Shown one piece after another: positions 19,147-27,440 of a stretch of DNA of 32,000 nt (the stretch's first letter is position 1; each line of letters opens with the position of its first letter). The position numbers and the translations under genes are program-made. The notes beneath the pieces were generated by a model, which made no database searches, was not told where the DNA came from, and worked only from the letters and a program-made list of their open reading frames with translations. The DNA is from Xylella taiwanensis (GTDB lineage Bacteria; Pseudomonadota; Gammaproteobacteria; Xanthomonadales; Xanthomonadaceae). The stretch lies in contig NZ_CP053627.1 in NCBI RefSeq assembly GCF_013177435.1, positions 870,001 to 902,000 on the forward strand, read 5' to 3'.

Positions 19147-19685
19147 GCGGTGTTGCTTGATCTCTGCCAGTGGGCAGCCAAGTGCAGCACCAGCTGTGTG
19201 GTGGCTGCGTTGGGGGATATGTGGTCGGTCGTCATGGTGATGTCGGCGATCTCGTGGTATAGCGGTTGGCGTGTGGCGGATAGATCGCGCAACACCTGTG
19301 TACGGTCGGGTTGTTGCAGCAGCGGTCGGTAACGGTCGTGTACCAACCGCTCCAATTGGGTGTCCACGTTGATCTTTAGAAACACCACGAAACCACGTTC
19401 GTGAATGCGGCGGCGGTTATTCGGATCCAGGATCGTACCGCCGCCAGTCGCGATCAGTTGGTTTTCATGATCCAGCAAGTCGTGCAGCACCTCGCGCTCC
19501 ATGCGCCGGAATTCTGACTCGCCGGAGTATTCGAAAATGTTAGGGATGCTCGTGCCGACGCGCTCGACGATGACGTGATCAGTATCTGCGAAGTGCAGGT
19601 TGAAGTGTTTGGCCAAGCGTCGCCCGATGGAGCTTTTGCCGGCACCCATCGGGCCGATCATCACAAGATTGGGAGCGGGATTCAT
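19143..19685 (-). CDS. aroK: Shikimate kinase
   Basis: P-loop [13 protein letters not shown] chose the start at [18 protein letters not shown] (ATG 19685), by analogy with Xanthomonas AroK as I recall it. ATG 19691 (MGMNPAP) is equally possible. The 264-aa ORF-track version carries about 80 implausible N-terminal codons. Confidence 0.9.
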   Translation of the reverse strand: MNPAPNLVMIGPMGAGKSSIGRRLAKHFNLHFADTDHVIVERVGTSIPNIFEYSGESEFRRMEREVLHDLLDHENQLIATGGGTILDPNNRRRIHERGFVVFLKINVDTQLERLVHDRYRPLLQQPDRTQVLRDLSATRQPLYHEIADITMTTDHISPNAATTQLVLHLAAHWQRSSNTA

Positions 19686-19961
19686 ACCCATTGATGTTAG
19701 CACTGCCGATTTATCGCGCGTTCGATCGAGTGCGCGGTGATGTTCAGAAACGGGATTGTTTGAAGCGTATTGGTCGGTGATCTGAGGGAGGGCTTGTACG
19801 GACATGCATAACTGTTTTTCTGCATTACAGCGATGGATACGTGTGTTGTTGTGGGTGCTTGCAATTGTCGATCCCTTAAGAGTTGCCTTGATCTGTCTAT
19901 AGGCGGAGCAACAGACATGCGACCACAATAGCGGCATCCCTCCATAGTCTGTCTGGATGTC

Positions 19962-20561
19962 ATGTCTGACTTGTATGCTGAAGCCCTATCCACGTTCGCT
20001 TTGTTGTTTGAAGAGGCGAAAAACAGCAGCGAGATCGAGCCTGACGCGATGACCCTGGCCACGGCTTCGTTAGAGGGCCGTCCGAGTGCGCGTACCGTTT
20101 TGTTGAAGAAATTCGACGTGCGTGGTTTTGTTTTCTATAGCCATATCGACAGTCCCAAGGGGCGCGATTTGCAGAGCAATCCGCAGGCCGCTTTGTTGTT
20201 CTTGTGGCGTGGTCTGCGTGAGGCTGGAGTACAGGTGCGCATTGAGGGGAGGGTGCAGCAGGTTGCTGTGGCGGAGGCTGATGCCTACTTCGCTTCACGT
20301 CCGCGCCAGAGTCAAATCGGCGCTTGGGCTTCGCTACAGTCGTGCCCCTTGGGCTCGCGCGAGGAATTTCAGGCGCGCTTGGCTGAGGTGCACGCGCGTT
20401 TCGAGGGGCGTGACGTACCACGCCCGGAAGGGTGGGGAGGATTCCGTGTGGTGCCTCACTTGTTCGAGTTTTGGTATGGCGCTCGCTTTCGCCTGCACGA
20501 GCGCTGGCGTTACGCGGCTGATGCGGTGGGCTGCTGGAGCAAGTCTTTGTTGTATCCCTGA
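19962..20561 (+). CDS. pdxH: Pyridoxamine 5'-phosphate oxidase
   Basis: 199 aa. Motifs [32 protein letters not shown], and the C-terminal [17 protein letters not shown]. Confidence 0.93.
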   Translation: MSDLYAEALSTFALLFEEAKNSSEIEPDAMTLATASLEGRPSARTVLLKKFDVRGFVFYSHIDSPKGRDLQSNPQAALLFLWRGLREAGVQVRIEGRVQQVAVAEADAYFASRPRQSQIGAWASLQSCPLGSREEFQARLAEVHARFEGRDVPRPEGWGGFRVVPHLFEFWYGARFRLHERWRYAADAVGCWSKSLLYP

Positions 20562-20599
20562 TCATGCGGTTGCAGAGAGTGAGGATGAGCGGTGGTTTG

Positions 20600-20962
20600 C
20601 AACGCACGAAGTAAAAGCATGGTGTGTGAGCGACTGAATTCCCTCAGTCAGTGGTGCTGCGAACATTCTGTGTGAGCCATTCACCGCACTGTCGGGGTGA
20701 ACCTGTTTGGTATCCATGTGGCATCGTTGTCAGTGCCCTCAACTTGGTGAAGGTGGTCATCGTGCTGTGGAACACGGTCTATGCGGAACGGGTCGCGAAT
20801 GCATTGTGTGGCCACGGTCAGATCGTCAAAGATCCTGTGTTGCGCTACCTGTCGCTGCTTGGCTGGCAGCACATTCACCTGACCGGCGATGACGTGTGGT
20901 GCAACAGTGCCAAAATTGGTGCAGGCACGTTCAGGTCACTGTGATCGTGATAACCGGCTTAG
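20600..20962 (+). pseudogene. tnpA: Tn3-family (Tn21/Tn501-like) transposase tnpA, C-terminal ~100 codons, with nonsense codons
   Basis: ORF 20651..20944 contains SALNLVKVVIVLWNTVYAERVANALCGHGQIVKDPVLRYLSLLGWQHIHLTGDDVWCNSAKIGAGTFRSL. This matches the conserved TnpA C-terminus (LNLV..AIVLWNTVY..LSPLGWEHINLTGDY.W...KIGAGKFRPL..PA-stop). The frame continues TGA-S-TGA-TAA-P-A-TAG, with the ancestral TAG at 20960-20962 inside the IR. Upstream of about 20740 the similarity drifts between frames. The left limit is approximate. Confidence 0.85.
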
Positions 20963-20994
20963 CGTGCGATTTTTCCAGTGCTCTGCGATGACCC
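20958..20994 (+). repeat. Tn3-family terminal inverted repeat (Tn21/Tn501 type), outer end at 20994
   Basis: CTTAGCGTGCGATTTTTCCAGTGCTCTGCGATGACCC. The reverse complement is GGGTCATCGCAGAGCACTGGAAAAATCGCACGCTAAG. It carries the inner ACGCTAAG block, the central GGAAAAA block and the outer GGG..CGCAGA block that I recall from the 38-bp IRs of Tn21/Tn501/Tn1721. Confidence 0.8.
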
Positions 20995-21447
20995 GTCCGC
21001 ATCTCTAGGGTCGCTAACCGGAGCCTTGTTTTGAGGTGACGTTGGCGTGCGGTGCAATGACACCTTTGGTACCAGACGATGTCAGGTGGTTCGATCACGT
21101 TAACTACACCATCACGCTGAGCATGTGTGATGACAACGAGATGCAGATTCGAGGTGCTGTTTAAGATGATTAGGTGTGCGGATTGACCGTGTCGACTCAC
21201 GTTGAAGGTTCAGGCATGTGTGGCGATGACGGCACGCTTGTTTGTGATACTGCTTTTGGCACGCGGTGAACATCAATGGTGGCCAATCTGCGTTGGAGAG
21301 AGGCGGAGTTGTGAATGGCAGCGTGTGTTGCCAATCCAACAGAGGATCGCGGTGAGGTCCGATGCATCGCCCCTCCGGGTGCTTGGGACCACGTTGAACA
21401 CTGACAGCACTGTCTCTAACGTCAGTGGATTTGTGTGGTGGTGCCGC

Positions 21448-23190
21448 TCAGCGGCCCTGCCATGTGTCACGCAGCGTGACGCTGCGATTGAAGACCGGGT
21501 GTATGGCGTCGTGGTCATGGCGATCGGTGACGAAGTAGCCCAAGCGCTCGAATTGGAATGCATGTTCTGGCGTGGCCTGTGCCGCCGCTGGTTCAACGTA
21601 GCCATGCACGACGCGTTTAGAGTCCGGGTTGAGGAAGTCGCGGTAGGTTTTTCCGTCGGAGTGTTCGTCTGGTTTTTCAATGGAGAACAGCCGGTCGTAC
21701 AGACGGATTTCCGCGGCTACGGCGTGAAATGCACTGACCCAGTGGATGGTGCCTTTGACCTTGCGGTGTGCGCCTTCCATGCCGGGACGCGATGTTGGAT
21801 CCAGCCAGCCGTGCAGTGCGACGATGTCGCCTGCCTCGTTTTTCACCACGTCGTCCACGCGTGCGATGCCGGCTCCGCGCAGGCGCACCTCTCCACCTGG
21901 AACCAGTCTTTTCCAGCCCTTGGGCGGAACTTCGGCGAAATCGTCGCGCTCGATCCATAGCTCGCGTGAAAACGGCACTGTTCGCGTGCCTTGGGTTTCG
22001 TCTTTGGGATGGTTGGAGAAGATCAGTATTTCTTCGTGGTCCTTGGGCAGGTTGGTGAGCACCAACTTCAGTGGTGCGATGGTTGCCATCCGGCGCGGTG
22101 CCACTGCGTCCAGGTCCTCGCGTAAGCAGTTTTCCAGCACTGCAAAGTCGATGATCGAGTTCTGCTTGCTGATGCCGATCCGCTCCACGAACAGGCGCAT
22201 CGCTGCTGGAGTGTAGCCGCGTCGGCGTAGACCTTGCAGTGTGTACATGCGTGGGTCGTCCCAGCCTTCGACCAGTTTTTCGTCGACTAGTGTGGTGAGC
22301 TTGCGTTTGCTCATCACGGTGTAGTTGATGTTCAGGCGCGAGAACTCAATTTGCCGAGGTTGGCTGGGTTCCTGAGGAAAGCCCTTGTCCAATAATGGGT
22401 TCAGCAAGTGTGGATGGTTCGGTAGGTCGACGTGATTCACGCACCAGTCGTACAGGGGGCGGTGATCCTCGAATTCGAGGGTGCACAATGAATGGGTGAT
22501 GCCTTCGATCGCATCACTCAGCGCGTGTGCGAAGTCGTACATGGGATAGATCGGCCAGGTGTTGCCGGTGTTTTGATGTTCGAGGTGTTTAATCCGGTAG
22601 AGCGCCGGGTCCCGCAGGTTGATGTTGCCACTGGCCATGTCGATCTTGGCACGCAGGGTACGTGTTCCGTCTGGAAATAGGCCGGCACGCATCTGTCGGA
22701 ATAGCGCCAGGTTTTCTGCGACACGACGCTCGCGCCACGGTGACGAGCGGCCTGGTTCGGTCAAGGTGCCGCGGTATTCGCGTACCTGTTCGGCGCTGAG
22801 GTCGCAGACGTAAGCTTGCCCATCGGCAATGAGTTTTTCGGCGGCCAAGTAGAGCACTTCAAAATAATCTGAGGTATGCCGTAGGGCGTCCCAATGGAAG
22901 CCTAGCCAATGTACGTCGTCCTGAATTGCTGCGGCAAACGCGGGGTCTTCCTTGGCGGGGTTGGTGTCGTCCATGCGGAGGGTGCAGTGTCCGCCGAATT
23001 CCGCGGCGATGCCAAAGTCCAGGTAGATGGCCTTGGCATGGCCGATGTGCAGGTAACCGTTGGGTTCGGGGGGGAAACGGGTACGGATGCGCGTGTGTTT
23101 GCCGTGAGCCAGGTCTTCTCGGATGATCTGGCGGATAAAGTCTTTCTTCTCAGTTTGAGCTGAGGCGTCGCTAGCGGGGATCTCGGACAT
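21448..23190 (-). CDS. glnS: Glutamine--tRNA ligase
   Basis: Class I HIGH motif (YLHIGHAKA) and VMSKRKL (KMSKS-like). I chose the start at MSEIPASDASAQTEKKDFIRQIIREDL (ATG 23190). The ORF-track start at 23280 adds 30 unlikely codons. Confidence 0.95.
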   Translation of the reverse strand: MSEIPASDASAQTEKKDFIRQIIREDLAHGKHTRIRTRFPPEPNGYLHIGHAKAIYLDFGIAAEFGGHCTLRMDDTNPAKEDPAFAAAIQDDVHWLGFHWDALRHTSDYFEVLYLAAEKLIADGQAYVCDLSAEQVREYRGTLTEPGRSSPWRERRVAENLALFRQMRAGLFPDGTRTLRAKIDMASGNINLRDPALYRIKHLEHQNTGNTWPIYPMYDFAHALSDAIEGITHSLCTLEFEDHRPLYDWCVNHVDLPNHPHLLNPLLDKGFPQEPSQPRQIEFSRLNINYTVMSKRKLTTLVDEKLVEGWDDPRMYTLQGLRRRGYTPAAMRLFVERIGISKQNSIIDFAVLENCLREDLDAVAPRRMATIAPLKLVLTNLPKDHEEILIFSNHPKDETQGTRTVPFSRELWIERDDFAEVPPKGWKRLVPGGEVRLRGAGIARVDDVVKNEAGDIVALHGWLDPTSRPGMEGAHRKVKGTIHWVSAFHAVAAEIRLYDRLFSIEKPDEHSDGKTYRDFLNPDSKRVVHGYVEPAAAQATPEHAFQFERLGYFVTDRHDHDAIHPVFNRSVTLRDTWQGR

Positions 23191-24311
23191 GCGTGGTCGA
23201 ACGGTGTACAGGCGGCGAGTGTAGCCGAGCTTCCTATGTTTTGCGCCGTGATGCGTCCAGGTGTGCAGGGTTTTTAGCATGGTCTGCGTGGTCTCTTCGG
23301 TGCGGATGGTTTGCCGTGTTCAGTGCCAGCTTGACGCTCGTCAAGCTACACATGCGTTGGAGAATGCTGGCGTGGCTTGCTTGGTGTTCGCTGTGAAATC
23401 TTTGGATGAGACGATGTGCATCCTGTTGTATGTCTGCATGGCTGACAGGGGGCTGGAGGCTGTGTAGCTGGCTTACTCGGTGATCTATACCGCTGTTGTG
23501 CGCTGCGTGCCGGCTCAGTCGTGTTGGAGCAGTGGCTGCGTGGTTGCAGCGTTGTTGTGCCACTTCAAAATGTTCAGCGGCAGTCCTGAACGTCAGTGCG
23601 GAGCGGCGTTCAATGCTGGTATCAATCAGATGCGTGATTGTTTGGCCAGCACGTCCCTGACGAAAAACGAGTGAACCTTCATTGGTGTGCAGGTGTGTGT
23701 ATCCCCGTTCACCAAGCCACCTGGGCGTGTCTGTAGTGATATGTCTTCGGTGTGTGTGTGTCAATCGTGCAATGTGTTGCGGTTGCTGCAGCACAGGATG
23801 CAGCGCAATGATTTTCCATGCATAGGCCATGTGGGCTTGCCGGTCTATATCGTTAAGTGGAGATCGGTGTTTCTTACGCAGTGGTGCGTGGTGTATGACG
23901 GACCATGTCCCCGTGCCAGGGGATGGGGCGTTGATGATCCAACGTTGCTCGCTGTTCTTGTCCAGGTGTGCCCTTCATCGGGATGGATCTGTCTAATACC
24001 GCGGTGGGTACGATCGAATGTTCGGATTGCAATCGCTGGGTCAGGCTGGGCGTTTGTATCATGGGGATCTGCATGATTGCACCGCGATCGTGCTGCTGCA
24101 GGGTGGTGCTTGTGTCTGGCGCCGTATGCGTCATCTGAAGAAGGGATTGCGCGTGATGGTGTTTGGTGATCGTGCAGTGCTGTTCGCATGATCCCAGGAA
24201 TCGAATGCACCGATGTCAGACGAGGATTGCTCTATATGTTTATATGGACCGTTGCGCTGTGGTGGAGAGGATGATGTGTACTGACAGTCACGATAATCAC
24301 GGGAGGCGGGT

Positions 24312-25046
24312 ATGAGCGTGTCGCCTGTACTGGAGGTGGCTGCTGGTTCGGTTGCTGCGGCGCTCGCCGCGCAGCAGGGCGGGGCAATGCGGGTGGAGTT
24401 GTGCAATGGACTGGATGGTGGCGGGTTGACTCCGTCGTATGGGATGTTGGGCGTTGCGCGTGAACATCTGCATATCCCGCTATATGTGTTGATTCGGCCT
24501 CGGGTCGGCGATTTTGTGTTCTCCGCGCAGGAGATGGACGTGATGTGCCGTGATGTGGAGTATTGCGTGCGTCTTGGTTGCGATGGCGTGGTGTTGGGTG
24601 CATTGGATCCGGCGGGTGATGTTGACATGGGGATGATGCGCGCGCTGATCGCCGCGGCTGGGCCGCTCGGTGTGACTTTTCATCGTGCGATGGATGTCAG
24701 TGCGGATCCAGCACGTACGTTGGAGGATGCGATTGCGTTGGGTTGCGAGCGGGTGCTGACGTCAGGGGCACGTCCGAGTGCGCTGGAGGGTGCTGAAACA
24801 ATTGCGGCCCTGGTGGTCCAAGCGGCAGGGCGGATTGTGGTGATGCCGGGCGCCGGTGTGTCTGCAGGCAATGTAGTGCAATTGCGGGTCCTGACGGGAG
24901 CATATGAATTCCACGCGTCGGCGCGCCGTGTGGTAGCTGCACGGCGGTTAGGGCCTCATCCATATATCCGCGACTTGGGTGGAGACTACGCCTGCACAGA
25001 TGCGGATAAAGTGCGGCAGATAGTGACCCTGTTGTCCCAGGAGTAA
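24312..25046 (+). CDS. cutC: Copper homeostasis protein CutC family
   Basis: 244 aa with GGGAGG 5 nt upstream of the ATG. CutC-type TIM-barrel motifs (LEVAAGSVAAALAAQQGGAMRVELC, YVLIRPRVGDFVFS, VTFHRAMD). Confidence 0.9.
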   Translation: MSVSPVLEVAAGSVAAALAAQQGGAMRVELCNGLDGGGLTPSYGMLGVAREHLHIPLYVLIRPRVGDFVFSAQEMDVMCRDVEYCVRLGCDGVVLGALDPAGDVDMGMMRALIAAAGPLGVTFHRAMDVSADPARTLEDAIALGCERVLTSGARPSALEGAETIAALVVQAAGRIVVMPGAGVSAGNVVQLRVLTGAYEFHASARRVVAARRLGPHPYIRDLGGDYACTDADKVRQIVTLLSQE

Positions 25047-25429
25047 TCGTTCTTTTTGCTGATCTGCTGGTGTAGGGATGATGCAAATCGAGTGGTTGTA
25101 TTCACCGGGATAGATTCGATTGTATGAAGTGGTTCAAATGCGGTGTCGTTGATTGCTACTGAACAATTTTTTTCAGTCAACGCGTTTAATACAGCAGACA
25201 AGCGGTTTGTAAAACGATGCAGTGAAAATAATTCCGTAGCCCCTGGGTGAATATCATTGGGGTGGTGATCAATCCTTGTCGTCACAACAGTGGTCAATGT
25301 CGCCTGATGTAATCCATGTTGCAGGAGATGGGGGGTGTTGCTGAGGGTCAGGAGGGTAAAAACTCACGCACTAGAGGTCTGCCAAGAGCGGTCATGGTTC
25401 GTCATGACAGGTTAATTTCCGAACATGAT

Positions 25430-25455
25430 CGATCTATCTCAACGATCTATCTCAA
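25430..25455. repeat. Perfect tandem duplication of a 13-bp unit (CGATCTATCTCAA x2)
   Basis: Read directly from the sequence: 25430-25442 and 25443-25455 are identical. Confidence 0.9.
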
Positions 25456-25899
25456 ACGGTGTTTTTTCTAAGTGGGGTGCTGACAATGCCAACTGCGGTT
25501 TGCTCTCGGCATGCGGGATGACCGGCAGTGACTTTTGCTTCCTTGTCTGGCTTGCGTGCGGTGTCGTCTTGGTCCACTTAAGGTCACCTGTGGGCTGGAG
25601 CGATCTACATTGGGTCATAAAGCTGCACAACGCATCTACCGTGTACGGATATGTGTCTCTTGCTCTGTTTGCTTGTCCTCGACGGGTGTGCCGGGGAGTT
25701 CAATAACGGCATGGCCATTTAAAATTTCATTTGTCTTAATCGAAACAGGGTGAAGTGGGCGTATCGGGCAAGGCAGGCAACCACCACAGTTGCTGCCAAG
25801 CGGTGCGATGGATGTGGATGGTTTGCGCTGGCGGTGGGCGCTTCAGGGAATTGGGTGCGATTGGATCGTGACGACAGGAGTGGAGTTTATTAACACTCA

Positions 25900-26660
25900 A
25901 TGGTGCGGAGGCGATGTCCCTGCGGTAGTAAGCGTATCGAGATCGCCTCTGCCCAGTGTGTGCAGGTCGAACACTGTTTTTTAGTCGCTCTGCCGAGGCA
26001 GCGCGGCAACGTCAGTGCCATTCTGTATGTCGCTGAGCATGGCTGCACATGGCATCGCCTGTCCTAGGGCTTCAGCTACTGGCACACGATCTGCACAGGT
26101 ATGGATCAATGGGCGAAGCCAAGCGTGCTAAATCGACACTGCGAGCCATGCCAGTCAGTGCGGGTCGTGCAGATCAAGCGCCAAACGGTGTCGCTGGATA
26201 GCATCAGTGTGCGGGTACATCCGACGGTAGCGGCACATCCTGTGATCGGTGGAACACCAAGAACCACTTTTTCGTGGTGGATGCGCACATGGCCAGACGG
26301 GCATCGCCTTTTTTCTATCCCTTGGACAAGCGCACGAGGTGCCGCAAGGTCGTGAGTGGCTCAAGCGGTCCGGGCTGCCGAATCGCCCCTTGCACGTGCT
26401 CATGGATCGAGCTGATGAAGATCACCAGCGGGGGGCGTGTGATATCTGTTGCACAGGCGGTTTCGTTGTTGGACTGGGTTGCCGAGTGGTGCCAGATCAT
26501 TGCATGGATTCAATGGGGAAGTCGTGGCGGCGGTGTGAGTGGATCAGGAGGAAGGCTGCTGATGCCACGTTGACGCTATGGTGAATTGGAGGTTGCCTGT
26601 CCAGTGCATGCGCGATCATGATCGTTTGGAACGTTCATTTGGCATCATGGTGCCTTGCTT
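25900..26660 (+). pseudogene. IS5-family transposase (DUF4096 N-terminus plus DDE_Tnp_1-type core), decayed
   Basis: Frame 1: RGNVSAILYVAEHGCTWHRLS-TAG(26065-26067)-GFSYWHTICTGMDQWAKPSVLNRHCEPCQSVRVVQIKRQTVSLDSISVRVHP. Frame 3: WNTKNHFFVVDAH. Frame 2: GQTGIAFFLSLGQAHEVPQGREWLKRSGLPNRPLHVLMDRADED. These are collinear with the usual IS5-family pattern (NAILYV.R.GC.WR.LP..FG.W.T.Y.R..RW...GV...; .DST.V+.H; TK.H..VDA.G.P..F.L..GQ.HD.P....L; .DR.YD). There is one in-frame stop and at least two frameshifts. The ends are approximate. Confidence 0.75.
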
Positions 26661-26723
26661 CATGATTTATTAAATTTTTACACGTCAATAAAGTGACTTC
26701 ATTTTTAGGTGGATAACGTTCAG

Positions 26724-27020
26724 ATGTGGCAACCTGTATTCAGGTTTTTGTGCCGTGTGTTCGTGGTGATGCTGATGCTCATACTGGTGGCCTGTGCCTT
26801 GAGGTCTTCTCCACGGCGTGTGTTCCAACCGACTCTGCCGCCACGTGGGTCTGATAACGTTGCCAAGTATCGGTTCGATATGACTCAGAACGGCCAGCGG
26901 ATGACTGCCGATCAGTTCGATGCCTGGATGAAGGCGAATGGCATCCACATCGTTAAGCGGGTGTCGGGGATGCCAGCATCGCAAATGCATACGACTCGCC
27001 GTAGCAGCGCAACGCCATAG
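26724..27020 (+). CDS. Small putative lipoprotein of unknown function
   Basis: ATG 26724 has AGGTGG about 11 nt upstream. Signal peptide MWQPVFRFLCRVFVVMLMLILVAC with lipobox L-V-A-C. The mature part is hydrophilic (KYRFDMTQNGQRMTADQFDAWMKANGIHIVK). Confidence 0.55.
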   Translation: MWQPVFRFLCRVFVVMLMLILVACALRSSPRRVFQPTLPPRGSDNVAKYRFDMTQNGQRMTADQFDAWMKANGIHIVKRVSGMPASQMHTTRRSSATP

Positions 27021-27440
27021 AGGGCAGTACGGTTTCCGTGTCGATGGCGGATGCTGCTGGGTGTGCGGCAAAGGTGTCGTTGGTACGCTTCAGGTGGGTG
27101 AAGATGTCTCATGTAATCTCTGGAGGGATGGACATTTTCGATTGAGAACACGTTGTTGGCCGTGTTGGGTTTGCGTCCTGGAGCTGGTCGTGTGAGTGAT
27201 TTGCTTGATGGGCTTCAAGAGCTGTCATACGGTCTTTGGCGTCGCGGAAGCGCTGGATGGGTGTCTTATGGAGGAGATCGCCTGCGACATGGGTGTTTTA
27301 TAGGGTTGCCTTCAGTATTGCTTGCTCATGCTTAAAAGGCATAAACAGCCAGCTTCATATCATTTCACCGCCTGCATGCGGCTGCGCAGCATGGCATCCT
27401 TGTCGGACCGGCTGTTGCCGTGACTGCACAGGAGATCGAC

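Noticed and set aside
19686-19937. N-terminal extension of the aroK ORF (264 aa in the track). Similar extensions exist for glnS (23191-23280), minC (5685-5792), the GNAT gene (6278-6304), sbp (27420-27440) and cysA (30246-30293).
   Set aside because: The extensions are unlike the conserved N-termini of these families. Some overlap the upstream gene, and internal ATGs with better Shine-Dalgarno context or family-typical N-termini are available.
19960-20607. 215-aa minus-strand ORF
   Set aside because: It is fully antisense to pdxH, with a Pro/Arg/Ala/His-rich low-complexity composition.
16538-21000. 5-bp target-site duplication flanking the two Tn3-type ends
   Set aside because: I looked for it and found none. 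The flank next to the left IR candidate is CCCCA in element orientation, and the flank next to the right IR is GTCCG. This neither supports nor excludes a single ancestral insertion.
21057-21164. 35-codon plus-strand ORF just outside the Tn3 IR (MTPLVPDDVRWFDHVNYTITLSMCDDNEMQIRGAV)
   Set aside because: It is too short, has no recognisable family and no Shine-Dalgarno. The overlapping 89-aa minus-strand ORF (20931..21200) is equally unsupported.
21202-21960. 252-aa plus-strand ORF
   Set aside because: It lies largely antisense to the 3' part of glnS, whose identity is unambiguous. Its composition is Cys/Trp/Val-rich and no motif is recognisable. It is an antisense artefact.
23234-23830. 198-aa minus-strand ORF upstream of glnS
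   Set aside because: It has about 11% His plus abundant Thr, Gln and Pro, as expected from translating the AC-rich complement of a GT-rich spacer that lacks stop codons. It has no Shine-Dalgarno and no recognisable domain. It is kept only as part of a finding on the spacer.
24131-24628. 165-aa and 123-aa minus-strand ORFs over the cutC start
   Set aside because: They are antisense to cutC and to the GT-rich spacer, and show the same His/Pro/Thr-rich artefact composition.
24986-25297. 103-aa minus-strand ORF downstream of cutC
   Set aside because: It has a TTG start only, no Met anywhere in the sequence, and overlaps the cutC 3' end by 61 nt. It may be a fragment but is not supportable as a gene.
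25430-25455. Tandem repeat considered as a CRISPR or minisatellite seed
   Set aside because: There are only two adjacent 13-bp copies, with no spacers and no further repeats nearby. It is a simple duplication.
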